Below, piece by piece: positions 1 to 12,019 of a stretch of DNA of 64,000 bases. Location of the stretch: assembly GCA_025603075.1 (NCBI GenBank), contig MU626260.1, forward strand, positions 62,001 to 126,000, given 5' to 3'. The notes under the pieces are model-generated. The model did no database searches and was not told the DNA's origin. It worked only from the letters and a program-made list of their open reading frames with translations. Numbering within the stretch: position 1 is the first letter of the stretch; the number at the start of each line of letters is the position of its first letter. The DNA is from Neoconidiobolus thromboides FSU 785. Its lineage: Eukaryota; Fungi; Entomophthoromycota. The position numbers were made by a program, and so were the translations under genes.

Positions 1-279
1 CTCTTCATTCATTGCTTTACTCATCGATCGTTTATTCAAAATCAAGTTTCTAACTTTTTTCATTATGCTAATATCATTAGGTAATGTGGATTTATCCTCT
101 TCAGATATTTTAATTATGGTTGGAAAGTCTCTTACCATTTGCTGGAAATAAGGATTATCAAACTGCTCTGTGACATTAACATGCTTAGTAGCCTCCTGGG
201 CTTTTGAATTGCGTTTGTAACCACCAAAAGGGAGGACGGCGGTGGTAAATAAAATTATGCTTATAGGTAGTAATCTCAT
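1..279 (-). CDS. Putative secreted protein of unknown function, 5' part only (runs off the window start)
   Basis: ATG at 279 on the minus strand opens a stop-free frame to base 1: MRLLPISIILFTTAVLPFGGYKRNSKAQEATKHVNVTEQFDNPYFQQMVRDF... The N-terminus is hydrophobic and signal-peptide-like. Not in the ORF track because there is no stop in the window. Confidence 0.6.
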   Translation of the reverse strand, partial: MRLLPISIILFTTAVLPFGGYKRNSKAQEATKHVNVTEQFDNPYFQQMVRDFPTIIKISEEDKSTLPNDISIMKKVRNLILNKRSMSKAMNEE

Positions 280-2086
280 TATATTAATAAAATAAAATAA
301 TGACCATCATAACTTTAAGTGTGTTTTTATATCCATTTTAATATAGAAACTAAGAATCATTTATTTGTTCATTAATCCGTATTAATAAATATCTTGGCAC
401 CTCATTTTATAACATTAAGATATTAACTAGTATTGTCGAATGTTGGTATCAGCTGTTTAGAGTGACTATTTATAATAGACATTATCCTAATTAATAATTT
501 TTTAAAGTCATAGCAGTGTCTAATTTATTAAAAAAACATAACATAGTATAGTAAAATTTTATTTACTACACTGTTAATATGGAACATCTTATCGGTATCG
601 CGTGGGAGTTTTAAGATCCTAAATATATTATATTTAAGTAATACTAAGAATTTGATTAATTTTGAATTTATAATAATATTAAAAAATATACATAAAATTT
701 TTAATTCCTATAGGTAATGTATTTATTCTTAAATTTAAAATATTACTATATGAACAAAATAATTTTATGGTGTATTTCCAATTTTTTTACTTTATATTAT
801 TTTGTTCTAAAAAAAATTAGAAGAATATATATGTGATATATTAAGAGTGTAACATTATTTAAAACAATCAAAGATAATTGAGAATTCAATAAATTAAAAA
901 TCTTGAAAGTATGCTATTGAATCAGTTATGGTCATTCCTTATAAATTAGACTTTAATTTTTTGAAAATCTACTAGTAAAAATTGTATTTTTTTTTAAAAT
1001 GTTATACTCTTAATCTACTACGTATATATTTTTCGAATTTTTATAATATTCTGTTTTATAAAAAATTGGAAAAAAATAACATAAAAATCACTTTTATCTT
1101 TAGCTGTATTGCTATTGAGATATTAATGTGATGACGGCTCATCTAAACTATTTAAAGCTTTATTGTCAACTTGTTATGGAAATTATAATTTTTTATGAAG
1201 ATATTTCTGGTTTACACTGATTTTAATCAGTATATAGTTAAAGTTAGATAAGACTATGATATGATGTTTAATATTTATTGTTTAAAATTTAATAAAAAGT
1301 ATATATATAATTACTATCAATTATTTAAATGAGTATTTATTTTGTAAAGTCAATAGTATTATTAATACAAAATATTTAAAAAAATCCAACTATATAGATT
1401 TTTATATTAATTATTTAAATACTATCAACATGGAAGTAAAGAGTCAACAAAAGATAATATTTATTCACTCTAATGCATCTAACTATACAAGCATTATAAA
1501 AATCAATATTTATAGAAATAAAAAACTAACGTTTTTAATTACATATCCTTTTCAAATCTATCAGTGTTAATTTATTACATCTGTCAAAGGTTTTGGAACT
1601 AATCGTATAATAGTTTTAGCGAGAAACCCGATGCTTTAGTAGTTATATAACTATGGATCTTTATAAATATACAACTCAATATCTGAACCGAAATTCGTCT
1701 ATTACAAACTACTGAAAACTAAGTTAGAGGAAAATTGTAAATAATATATATAATTGTTTAAATTATATTTGGATTTTAAACGTTATTTGAAAGTTTAACT
1801 AGTACAAGCAAATAACTCAAAAAATTTAATAGTTTTAATTATATCCTATAACGAAACGTTTGTAAATCTAATATTTTTATTTCACTATAGCGATTTCATC
1901 AATGTATAATATAATATACATAACTAAAAATTTTAATCAATATTTACTTAATAAAATGTCTACTTTACTGAAATTCGAAAAATTAGCAAAATTCAACCAA
2001 ATTTGCCCATTTTTATTTCAGAACAAATGTATTCAAAGAATTTATAGGCAAGCCTTCTCTTTTACCAACTATCGTAAACTTGTGAG

Positions 2087-2232
2087 GTGAGTTTCTTTAT
2101 GCAACAAAATACATCCATCTCTATATATCAACCTTAAATATAAGAATAATAAATATAAGAGATGGCAAAATTTTACAACCGAATCGAACATCATATAAGA
2201 TTAGATGAAATATATTGACATGAACAAATTAG
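2087..2232 (+). other. Probable 5'UTR intron of RPL9
   Basis: GTGAGT donor at 2087 and TTAG acceptor ending at 2232, 9 nt before the RPL9 ATG. A pyrimidine tract at 2053-2066 precedes it. Confidence 0.55.
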
Positions 2233-2241
2233 TGGTTAAAA

Positions 2242-2953
2242 ATGAAAGATATCTACTCAGAGGAAATCATTACCATCCCAGAAGGAGGTTAGAATTTAGA
2301 TTTTACAATTAAAAAAGCAATATTAAAAACAAAAATAGTGACTGTTCACGCCAAATCTCGTATTGTCAAGGTAACTGGACCCCGAGGAACCCTTAGCAGA
2401 GATTACAAGCACATTCAATTAGAACTTCAACGTGCTGGAAAAAATAAGATTAAGGTTATCGTATGGCACGCCGGCCGTAAGCATTTAGCTTGCATCGGTA
2501 CCATTTCTTCTTCAATCAAAAACATGATCAAGGGTGTTACCAAAGTAAGTATCCATGTTATAATTCATATCATTACTAATTTTGATTTAGGGTTTCCTTT
2601 ATAAATTACGTTTCGTATACTCCCATTTCCCTATCAATGTAACCATTGCTGACGATGGAAAAAAGGCTGAAATTCGTAACTACTTAGGAGAAAAAAGAAA
2701 CCGTTCCGTTGTAATCAAGGAAGGTGTTACCATTGAACATTCTAAAGATGTTAAAGATGAACTTATTATCTTCGGTAATGATATCAATGATGTTTCCCAA
2801 ACCGCCGCTTCATTCCAACAATCTACTCTTGCCAGAAACAAAGATATCCGTAAATTCCTTGATGGTATCTATATTTCCGGAAAGGTAATTTATTTCATTT
2901 AGCAAAATTATGTTACTTATTATTTTTAGACCACCGTTGTTCAAGATGATTAA
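2242..2953 (+). CDS. RPL9: 60S ribosomal protein L9 (uL6), 4 coding exons
   Basis: Spliced product [34 protein letters not shown]...HFPINV...EIRNYLGEK...KDIRKFLDGIYISGKTTVVQDD*. Three short GT-AG introns. Confidence 0.97.
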
Positions 2954-5900
2954 ATCATCGTAATTTAATAAAAAAAGATACAAACTAATATTATGAAATC
3001 AAATACAAAAGTTATGGATAAATCTAGTTATAATTATCGCTGTCTTATTTTATAATTTGGAGGTGTTAATACAAGGTAAAATATCATCTAGACAAGATAT
3101 ATTTCATTAGAAATATTCTATTGGAAGCATTAAGCTATTCTAGTAACAAATGGGGTGTAAAAGTGGTTGAGTTTAAAATAGTAACTTTTATTACATGTGA
3201 GTTTAAATCTGAAAACAGGATTTAAAAAAAATGTTATACAAAGGTAAATACTAGACTATACACTTTATTGGAATATGTAAAATTTAAACTATCAATTCTA
3301 TACTACATTAAGTATAATGTTATTGTTCACATCGCTCCACCTTAGTTTTAAGAATGATCTCTCAAATAGTACATAGAGTAAAGCACTTTTTAGCATAAGC
3401 TAATTACAAAGTATGTGTAAAAGTAAAATTAACTTGTGAACAATTTAAAATAAATCATTAAATTTCAATATATATTCTTTAAAGTCAGTATACCTATATG
3501 GTCTTCAAATTAAAATCTGAATCGACAAATAGATTATTAAGTGGCTATTATTAAAGCATTTAGGTTCATTTATAAACTAGATTTGTATTAACATTAAGCT
3601 ATTTCATTATGCAATTTGGTTGTTATTTCTTAGGAGGGGACTACTATTGTATATGTGTGAGTTGTTATAAAACAACCAATAAATAAATCAGTACTTATGA
3701 CAAAGCATATATTTAAATTATTTCGTAATTTCTCTTCAAAGTTAACAAAGCATTTATCTGAAAATTGATATTGATGTCTTAGTTATCTAGTTATAATAAG
3801 TCGTTTGGATACTATATATATGTTCTAATGTTACAAAATTCCTGCTTTAATTTTGACTACTAATACATATGAAATATTATTTCAAATGTTCTAGTTTAAG
3901 ATCTCCACGAAGACAAATATTTTAATGGTGTTTTATCGTTATTTGTTGAAACTAGTTACTTTAATTATAGATGCTCCTACCGCTGAGCTTTATGGGTCTA
4001 GGTGAGATCATTCATATTATTTCCAAGCATTTCCTTGTAATTATCTTTTCCTATATATTTTAAAAAATATTCTAATTTTAAATCTCTACCTGGCATTAAA
4101 CTTTATAGGTTAGTTTAAAAGCTCGGTTCAAATTTTATTCAATTTGGTTTTCTGCAAAATTGCAAATTGAGCACCTAGTGCTACAAAAATACATGGTTTT
4201 AATTTAAATAATTCATGTTGAAACGTCTTTGGATAGCCTTGCTTAATAATTTTTTAAAATTTACGTTACATAAGAAATGGACAAAAAAAGTGAATTGAAA
4301 ATTTTTATTTAATTTTTGGCTTTTAAATTAACCATATTAAATAAGCACTATAGCCTTTTGTCGCTTTTTTTGCTTAGGATAAATGGATATAGTATAATAT
4401 AATAGTCATTAACAGTTTAAGTAGAATTTGTATCAAAACCTTGGTAATCTTTGTTGATGCTAATCATTTATGATTGATACAAGTAGCCTACATCAATATG
4501 TATACTTGCATATCATAAATTAATTTACTATAACTATCGTGGATTTATGCTAAAATGAAGTGTAACGGTAAATTAAATATTTAACCAGGATAAAAAATAT
4601 TAATAAAATTAAAATACATTAATAAAATCATTGTAATTTTTGTAATTTCCAAATATATTAGATGTATTTAAATCTTCCCAACTTGATTCATTTATTTTAT
4701 TTTTAGATTATTTCAGTAAAAGTAATTAATTTAAATTTTTATATTTATAATTATGCAGGGCCAATATCGTACTATATTTATCATATAAATTTTAATACTA
4801 TATGGAAAATTGAATTAATTTGATGAGAAACTAATAATAAGATTTTATAAATATATAACATCAATTAATATAGTCAATAGTTAAATAGAAAAGAAGTCAA
4901 AGACAAAAAGTAGTTTAACATGGAATGTACGAAATATTAAACTAAACCAGTAAAAAATATGGAATACCCATTTATTAGTTATGTAGATTTATTCAATTAA
5001 TAATTTCATTGTAAGTTCTTTAATAGCTGGATATTTTTATTGACTTTTTATCCCTATAAAAATATTAAAACTTGAAGAATAACTTTGATAAAGTTCAAAT
5101 ATATTGTTTCATCTTTATTTTTTGAATAAAGATATTATAACAATGTGTATATTCTATGGTAGCTATCGAAGGTGGTAATTTGACTATTAAATAGGTTTAT
5201 ATAACCAAAGTTTTGCTAGTTGATAAAATAGCGTCTGTGTAATCCTTTATAAAAAGTGACAGGTATTTAGAGTAAAGCAAAAGATTTATTGACTAGTATG
5301 GATTTTAATACACTCTTTAGTTCTTATTATATTTTTAAAATTGAAATCCCAAACCATTGAAAATAATCACCTCTGGTATTTTTTAACAAAAGTGTGCAAC
5401 TGTTATAATGTAATGTCTAATAGGTCTAATATTACATTTAAATCGCTCTTTTAAAAAGTAATTTTATATTACTTATTATCTAAATAAGTGTATAGGTGAT
5501 CATATTGTTAATATATGCTTAGAATTTAAAGAACAGCAATTTATAATATTTCAAATTTTTTAAAAATAGCTTATCAAATTAATTGAATATGACAAAACAT
5601 GTAATTAGATATGATATAAGCTATATATTATATTAAGAGTTTTTTAAATAGTTCTACTTATTTTAGTAACACAATACCAAATGATAATACTTTTGATAAT
5701 TAGCTACTTTTAGAACTCCATTCACATTAAAATATTATACTAAAGACATAGTTGTATATTAACACCCTATTATATCCATACATTTATCTTTAAAATGAAA
5801 CATTATAGTAAAAACTTATTTAAATACGATATCATTTAATTGTAGTTGCTCTATACAGCTCAATTCTAAACCCATATGAAAGGTTGAAATTTCACACTTA

Positions 5901-6319
5901 TTGTACCCTTTTAAATCGAACTATACACATTAAAATATAACATGAATAAACACAATAAGTCATCTTTTATTATTTATGATATCAAAGTAAAATTAGAGCT
6001 CTATTTGTATAAAGTTCAATTTATAGCAATATAATAAAAAGTGAGAAATAAAGCTTTAATTAATTTATTGATTGTTCTATATTTTCGGTTTTTGGTATTT
6101 GTAAATAAGAAAATATCCAATGAGTTATTTAAATTCTATGAAAATTACTATATTTATCTAAATTTATTATTATTAATTTATAAATTTATTAAAAGCATTG
6201 GAATTTAGGTTATAACATAATTTGGTAAAAAATATAAAAAGGCTGCCGCTCGAATTATTTTACTTATTTAATTCCAATCTGGTATTGTTATACATTCGAG
6301 TCCTAGTTGACTATATAAT

Positions 6320-8302
6320 ATGTTGAAACTTTTGTTAGCCGGTCTTTTATTTTCTTCAGCCCTTATTTCAGGCGCTGAAGCCCAATGTCAAAGAAAATAC
6401 GTACGTAAAGAGTTTAGAAAACTCACTGATGATGAAAGAACTAGATTCTTTAATGCAGTAAAAAAATTAAATGAAGGCGAGAAGCCAACCACTTATGATA
6501 AATTTGCTCTTGCTCATATCGCAAATAGCAAATTTGCCCATGGTCATACTGGTTTCTTAGTATGGCATCGTCAATTTTTGTTAGAGTTTGAAACTGAACT
6601 TCAAAAGGTTGATCCTGAAGTATCGATTCCATATTGGAACTGGCCTTACGATTCTCAAGCCCCAGAGAAAAGCGGTCTCTTCACTGAGCGCTATTTTGGT
6701 GGAAATGGTAATCCAGATAATGACGATTGTGTTGAAGATGGTGCATTTGCAAATTGGGAAGTATTGTATGACGGCTCAGGTAAAGAAGACAAGCATTGTC
6801 TTAAAAGAAGATTCAAAAACGATGATGGGAGCATGGGTGTTTTCTATGCTCCTGAAGCTATTAAAGCCATTGTTGATAAAGCAGATAAATACTCAGATCT
6901 TACTAGAACATTTGAAGCTGCTCCTCATGGTGGGCCGCATGTAGCTATTGGTGGTGATATGAGACTCCATAGTAGTCCCAATGATCCTATTTTCTGGCTT
7001 CATCACGGTTATGTTGATAAGGTCTACTACGACTGGCAAGTTCAACATCCTGAAATTCAAGACACCTATGATGGATTCGGTGTCAATCGTCGCCCAGCTT
7101 CTAAATCTGACATCCTTCGACCACATAAAAACCCTGTAGGTGATGTTACTGATATTAACAAACTTTGTTATAGCTACAGTGATGACTCCGTTCAAGTCGA
7201 TCCCGTTCCTTCAATTACTATTACTTCCGTTTTAACTTCATCTACTGGAACTACTTCTGGAACTGAAACTGCTTCTAGACCTACTGAAACTAGTGATAGC
7301 TCTTCTGGAAACCAGTCAGTATCTAAGCCCACTGAAACTGGTTCTTCTTCAAATGAAGTCAGTCCTTCTTCTACTTCTGATAATGTACAGCCATTACCAA
7401 CTCAGACCACTATTGTTGATCTAAATGTAACTGCACCTGAACCTGGAAAAGGAAAAGGAAAAGATGATGCCAAAATCCCTATTGATGCTCCTGATTCTAA
7501 GGATAGAGAAGATCCCTACAAAATTCGTCTTCCCGATCCTCTCCCAGAAGAGTGGTGCGCAAGAAATAAACTTTCAATGGAGGTTGTAAAAACTTGTGAA
7601 TCCAAGTTAGCTCAAGTTATTTCAGTTTTCAATCAAATTGACCATATTTCACCAGCTTCTCTCTGTAAACGTCCTGATTTAGCAGCTAAACTTAACGCAA
7701 CAATCCCTGTTGTCGATAAACCAGCTTTGCCTGTTCTTCCTGATGCTAATCCAAATTATACTGCTCCAACTACTTTTGACCCTGCCCCAAGTCCAACTAA
7801 AGAAGCTGCTTTCTCAGTAACTGTCGATGTTGATGCAACTACTAAGCCTACTTTAACTTTATGTGATAAAAGTGGTGACAATAAAACCCCTGTAACAACT
7901 ACTACTTCAAAATCTCAAGAGGATTATAATAATAGACCTCAGCCTACTGAAACTCCCTCAGAGTCTCAAGTTGACTATGATTATAAGCCTCAGCCAAGCT
8001 CGGGAGATGATTATGAAAACAAACCCCAACCGATTGGAGAAGGAGACTATAAAGAGAACCCTCAGCCAAGCAGGGAAGGCGATTATGGAAAGAAACCCAA
8101 ACCAAGTTCAGATTATGGTAAAAAGAAGCCTCAAAGAAAGCAAAAACCTAAACGTAAGAAGCAAAGACGCCCACACAAGAAGCAAGAAGAAGAATATAGT
8201 TATTACAAAAAATCAAGAGATGCAGAAGAAAAGTATGAAGAATATAACCCAAAGCCTTCAAAAACTACCAGCTGCACAAAATCTTCGGAACCAACTTATT
8301 AA
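6320..8302 (+). CDS. Secreted tyrosinase (type-3 dicopper) with Ser/Thr/Pro linker and Tyr/Lys-rich C-terminal repeats
   Basis: Signal peptide. CuA site AHIANSKFAHGHTGFLVWHR (H...H-x8-H). CuB site PHGGPH...SSPNDPIFWLHH. Intronless, 660 aa. Confidence 0.93.
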   Translation: MLKLLLAGLLFSSALISGAEAQCQRKYVRKEFRKLTDDERTRFFNAVKKLNEGEKPTTYDKFALAHIANSKFAHGHTGFLVWHRQFLLEFETELQKVDPEVSIPYWNWPYDSQAPEKSGLFTERYFGGNGNPDNDDCVEDGAFANWEVLYDGSGKEDKHCLKRRFKNDDGSMGVFYAPEAIKAIVDKADKYSDLTRTFEAAPHGGPHVAIGGDMRLHSSPNDPIFWLHHGYVDKVYYDWQVQHPEIQDTYDGFGVNRRPASKSDILRPHKNPVGDVTDINKLCYSYSDDSVQVDPVPSITITSVLTSSTGTTSGTETASRPTETSDSSSGNQSVSKPTETGSSSNEVSPSSTSDNVQPLPTQTTIVDLNVTAPEPGKGKGKDDAKIPIDAPDSKDREDPYKIRLPDPLPEEWCARNKLSMEVVKTCESKLAQVISVFNQIDHISPASLCKRPDLAAKLNATIPVVDKPALPVLPDANPNYTAPTTFDPAPSPTKEAAFSVTVDVDATTKPTLTLCDKSGDNKTPVTTTTSKSQEDYNNRPQPTETPSESQVDYDYKPQPSSGDDYENKPQPIGEGDYKENPQPSREGDYGKKPKPSSDYGKKKPQRKQKPKRKKQRRPHKKQEEEYSYYKKSRDAEEKYEEYNPKPSKTTSCTKSSEPTY

Positions 8303-9000
8303 ATAGCATATTATAACTAATTGACTTAATTAAATTTAAATGTTTTAAATAATAAAATTTTAAGTTTTTAATTTATCTATCATTTTTAACTTATCATGTT
8401 TGTAAGTACACTATGGTTATTATGAGGGTTGAGTATTTTATTTAGTATTGATATAGCTCATTCAAATAAATCCCTATGGTCAAGTGCTATATTATGATAA
8501 TATCATGACTTTCAAGTCTTTAGTAAAAATCAACATACCAAATAATAATAATTTATGTATATTTCAAAAGCACAAGATTTGAAGCACACTTAATCATTAT
8601 ATATTTAAATATAATATTTATGCAATCAATACATCTAATTAATCAACCTATACCGTTTTCTTCTTGGTAAGTTGAATAGGTCAAATAGCTTATTTGCCAA
8701 GGCGGAGGAAATAGGTTGGGGTTTCTAGGGCAGTAGATTAAAGGGAGCCATTCTGGAAGGTATTGGAGCTTACTCAACGTATTTCTGACTTTTGCAAAAA
8801 AACTTAATTCATCTTATTCTTGAGTAGTTAAAATATAAATAATAATACTTTTCAGAGTTAGATTCTATTTTAAAGTGCTTCATTTAAAGCTACATAATTT
8901 TATATCAACTGTTTTTTGGGTCTGGCTTTATCCTGTTATTTTGTAAAATCATAAATAGGAGTTTATATTATACATACTGTTTAAAGTTAATTAATATAAA

Positions 9001-9107
9001 ATATGCGAGTGTTTTTTTTGACTTTATTACTTTTTCCATCTTTTAAGCGCTATTTGAGTGGAAAAATTATTAGTAAAATTATTAAATACAAAAACACATC
9101 CCCATAT
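9001..9107 (+). mobile_element. MITE-like repeat, copy 1
   Basis: ATATGCGAGTGTTTTT...TTTTAAGCGCTATTTGAGTGGAAAAATT...AAAAACACATCCCCATAT. Terminal inverted repeats and a core shared with 12 other copies. Confidence 0.85.
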
Positions 9108-9503
9108 AAAGCTTTTAAATCTAATATTGAGCTTAGTTGATTTTTATCTTTTTATTTATTTCTCTTTTTGTATTATTATTAATCAGTCTCTGTAAAAAAA
9201 TTCTCGATAATATGGGGGTGGTCAAATTAAAAGGTAAACTAAATGCTCCTTCTCAATCAAGCTGTCGAACTATAAATACTTTATCTTATTGAAAAATAAT
9301 GAAAATTTAATATTTTTAAAATCAAAATCAAAGAGGTAGCCAATTGAGTAAATTAAGTTTTTGCAGTAATACAATTTTGGCAATAGGTTTGTATAAATTT
9401 CATAAAAGAAATTTGTTAATTTTTACAATTTAAGTTTTAAGTTTTCATTTTTGCTAAAGTAGGCCTTGAAGCCATTAATTAATCAGAATTATTGCCAGAT
9501 AAA

Positions 9504-10360
9504 ATGTCATTAAGTATAGATCAAAAAGAAGAGAATCCAATTTTGGAGCAAGTGGCTGCTGAAGCTGAAGTGGTGAATCAAGAGAGTGGTGAGGAGGGAG
9601 CAGAAAACGAGGGAGAAGATAAACAAGAGTTTTTAACAATATTCAATGACCCGGTTAACTATAATGTAAAACATCCTTTACAAGAAAGTTGGACCTTTTG
9701 GTATGATTCTCAAAACTCAAAACCAGCTCAAAAGGACTGGTCTCAAAACTTAAAACCATTGATTACTTTTCGTACCGTTGAAGACTTCTGGGGGTAAGTA
9801 ACATGCTTGATTTTTATTCTATCGTAACTTTTAACATTTTTTTTAGAGCTTATAATAATATTACTAAAGTTTCAGAATTATCTGTTGGTTCCAACTTTCA
9901 CATTTTTAGAGAAGGTATTCGACCAGCTTGGGAAGATCCTGCCAACGCTAAAGGTGGTCGTTGGACCGTCCAATTCAATAAAAAACAAGCCCATGGAATA
10001 AATCACTATTTCTTATATTCTGTAAGTATCTATTTATTTTTAGCTCTTAAACTAACTTTTAGATACTTATGTGCATTGGAGAATCTTCTCCACACTCAGA
10101 ACAAGTATGTGGTATCGTAGTTTCAGTTAGAAAAGCTTTTTATCGTTTATCTCTTTGGACTCGCGATTCTCACCAAAAAGACGAATTATTAGATATAGGG
10201 TAAGTTTTTTCGTTAGATTAAAATACATTAGTATTAATCTATATTTAGGCGTCATTTAAGAGCTTCTATAGAGTTACCAGCTGGTGATACTTTAGAGTTT
10301 CAACCTCACGAGGATGCTACAAAGTCAGGTATCGATAGATTAGGTCGACTAATAGCTTAA
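9504..10360 (+). CDS. EIF4E: Translation initiation factor eIF4E (cap-binding), class I-like
   Basis: Conserved Trp motifs HPLQESWTFWY, KDWS, VEDFWG, IRPAWEDPANAKGGRW, then VCGIVVSVRKAFYRLSLWTRD. Three clear introns. Ends at 10360, or 10378 if a 33-nt intron is spliced. Confidence 0.95.
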
Positions 10361-10722
10361 GGGTTATGTCCTCATTGAGTTAAAACTTCTTTTTAAAAGT
10401 TGATGCTTTGACCAATCAATAGAATATTTTATATAGCATCTTTTGTTACAATTTTTTTGATATCTTATCCATATTAAATACTTTTTTATTTTTTATATAA
10501 AGAAGCAATATTAAAAAATGAGTTTTTTATATAGTCTATAATTTCTTTTAAAGTATAATTTAATAATAGGTTAAATAGGTCAATTAAAATCAATTAAAAT
10601 CAATTAAAAATTATGGTTTAATTAATGTTTTTATTAGCTTTATACTAAGTATACACTCGAGTTCTTTTAATTTAGATATGCTTCCATAGTTTGATAACTT
10701 AATTCTATTTTCCAAAAAAGCA

Positions 10723-11799
10723 TTAGATATCTTTTTTATGATAAATTAGTCTATCTATAAAAGTAGGTTGGTCTTCATCACCACTTTTATGTAAAAGCAT
10801 TAACGCGAAGAATATTGGAAGGTGAATCAAACTAGCAAAAAATAAAGACCTTGCAAATTTGTCATTTGGTCGGGACCAAAAAGAGTAAGCTTTAACAGCC
10901 ATATAAATATTAATAATATTTGAGTCCAAAGCAAACCACCAAGTAGTAATACCAAACGCTGGGAAAGCTATAGAAATGGGTATCAACGCTAAAGCATATC
11001 TTAAAGAAACTCTTGCATTCAAGTTTGGATCTGTAACTGCCATCATTTGATAGCCAGCCTTAGAATAATCCGAACGTAAATTCCAAGCTAAAGAATTGAA
11101 ATGAGGAAATTGCCAAGCATACAACGATGCAGCTAACAACCAACTACCTACTCCAAGATCACCAGTACTAGCAGCCCAACCCATCATTGGCGGTATAGCG
11201 CCAACCACAGCTCCAACCCAAGTATTTATAATTGAATACCTTTTCAATGGTGTATATACTGAGGTATATAAAAAAATATTAGCTAAACCTAAAGCAGCAA
11301 CAGTAGGATTAACTAATTGATATAGGGTTGTTACTCCTAAGATGCCACTAGTAATTCCAAATGTGAATGCATGTTGAGGGGTAAGGGCATGTTTTACTAG
11401 CACTCGATTACGCGTTCTTGACATTTGAGCGTCATAAGGTATCTCTACCCATTGATTTAAAGAGTTAGCGCTACTGATGCATAATCCAGTTCCTACTGTT
11501 GTGTATAATAAGGTTGATAGTTCAGCTGCCCCTGGAGCTGCGGCATAACCACACATAGTTGATAATGCCACTAAACCTGCCAGTTTAGCCTTAGATAAAC
11601 CTTGATAACTTGTAATTAAATGTTGTAAATTTATACTTGGAGCAGGAGACCATCTTTCTGGACTCAAGTCTTTTGTTGGTAAAGCATTTGGCTGATCATG
11701 TAAATGGGATGCTTTTAAAATAGTATGTACATTCGGTTTTACTATTGATAGCGCAAGTTTTCTATTTAATGGTGCTTTTACTAGATTTAAATACCGCAT
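10723..11799 (-). CDS. COX10: Protoheme IX farnesyltransferase (heme O synthase)
   Basis: UbiA-family motifs ANSLNQWVEIPYDAQMSRTRNRVL, LYTSVYTPLKR, NTWVGAVVGAIPPMMGW, WQFPHFNSLAW, DYSKAGYQMM. Mitochondrial-type leader. Confidence 0.96.
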   Translation of the reverse strand: MRYLNLVKAPLNRKLALSIVKPNVHTILKASHLHDQPNALPTKDLSPERWSPAPSINLQHLITSYQGLSKAKLAGLVALSTMCGYAAAPGAAELSTLLYTTVGTGLCISSANSLNQWVEIPYDAQMSRTRNRVLVKHALTPQHAFTFGITSGILGVTTLYQLVNPTVAALGLANIFLYTSVYTPLKRYSIINTWVGAVVGAIPPMMGWAASTGDLGVGSWLLAASLYAWQFPHFNSLAWNLRSDYSKAGYQMMAVTDPNLNARVSLRYALALIPISIAFPAFGITTWWFALDSNIINIYMAVKAYSFWSRPNDKFARSLFFASLIHLPIFFALMLLHKSGDEDQPTFIDRLIYHKKDI

Positions 11800-12019
11800 T
11801 TAAAAAAATAACCCAATTTTGTTAATCATTTTAATTATAAAATAGCTGCATATTTTGAATTTTTGTTCAAGTTTTTAATGTTATCTAAAAAAATATAAAA
11901 AAATTAAAATAATATAAAAGCATTTATTTTGGTAGTTAAATAATTGAATACAGCTGTATTCGATTTAGATCCATGACGTTATTAAAGGCTATATAATGAT
12001 TAAAATAATTAATACCATA

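Noticed and set aside
1128-1220. Candidate C/D-box snoRNA (GTGATGA ... CTGA with a weak ATTAA/TTAAT stem)
   Set aside because: No convincing rRNA-complementary guide was recognised, and such boxes arise by chance in AT-rich DNA. It would need a snoscan or small-RNA hit.
5022-5060. Possible internally deleted MITE (also a 3'-half-like trace at ~45041-45090)
   Set aside because: Too short and degenerate to separate from background, so not counted among the 13 copies.
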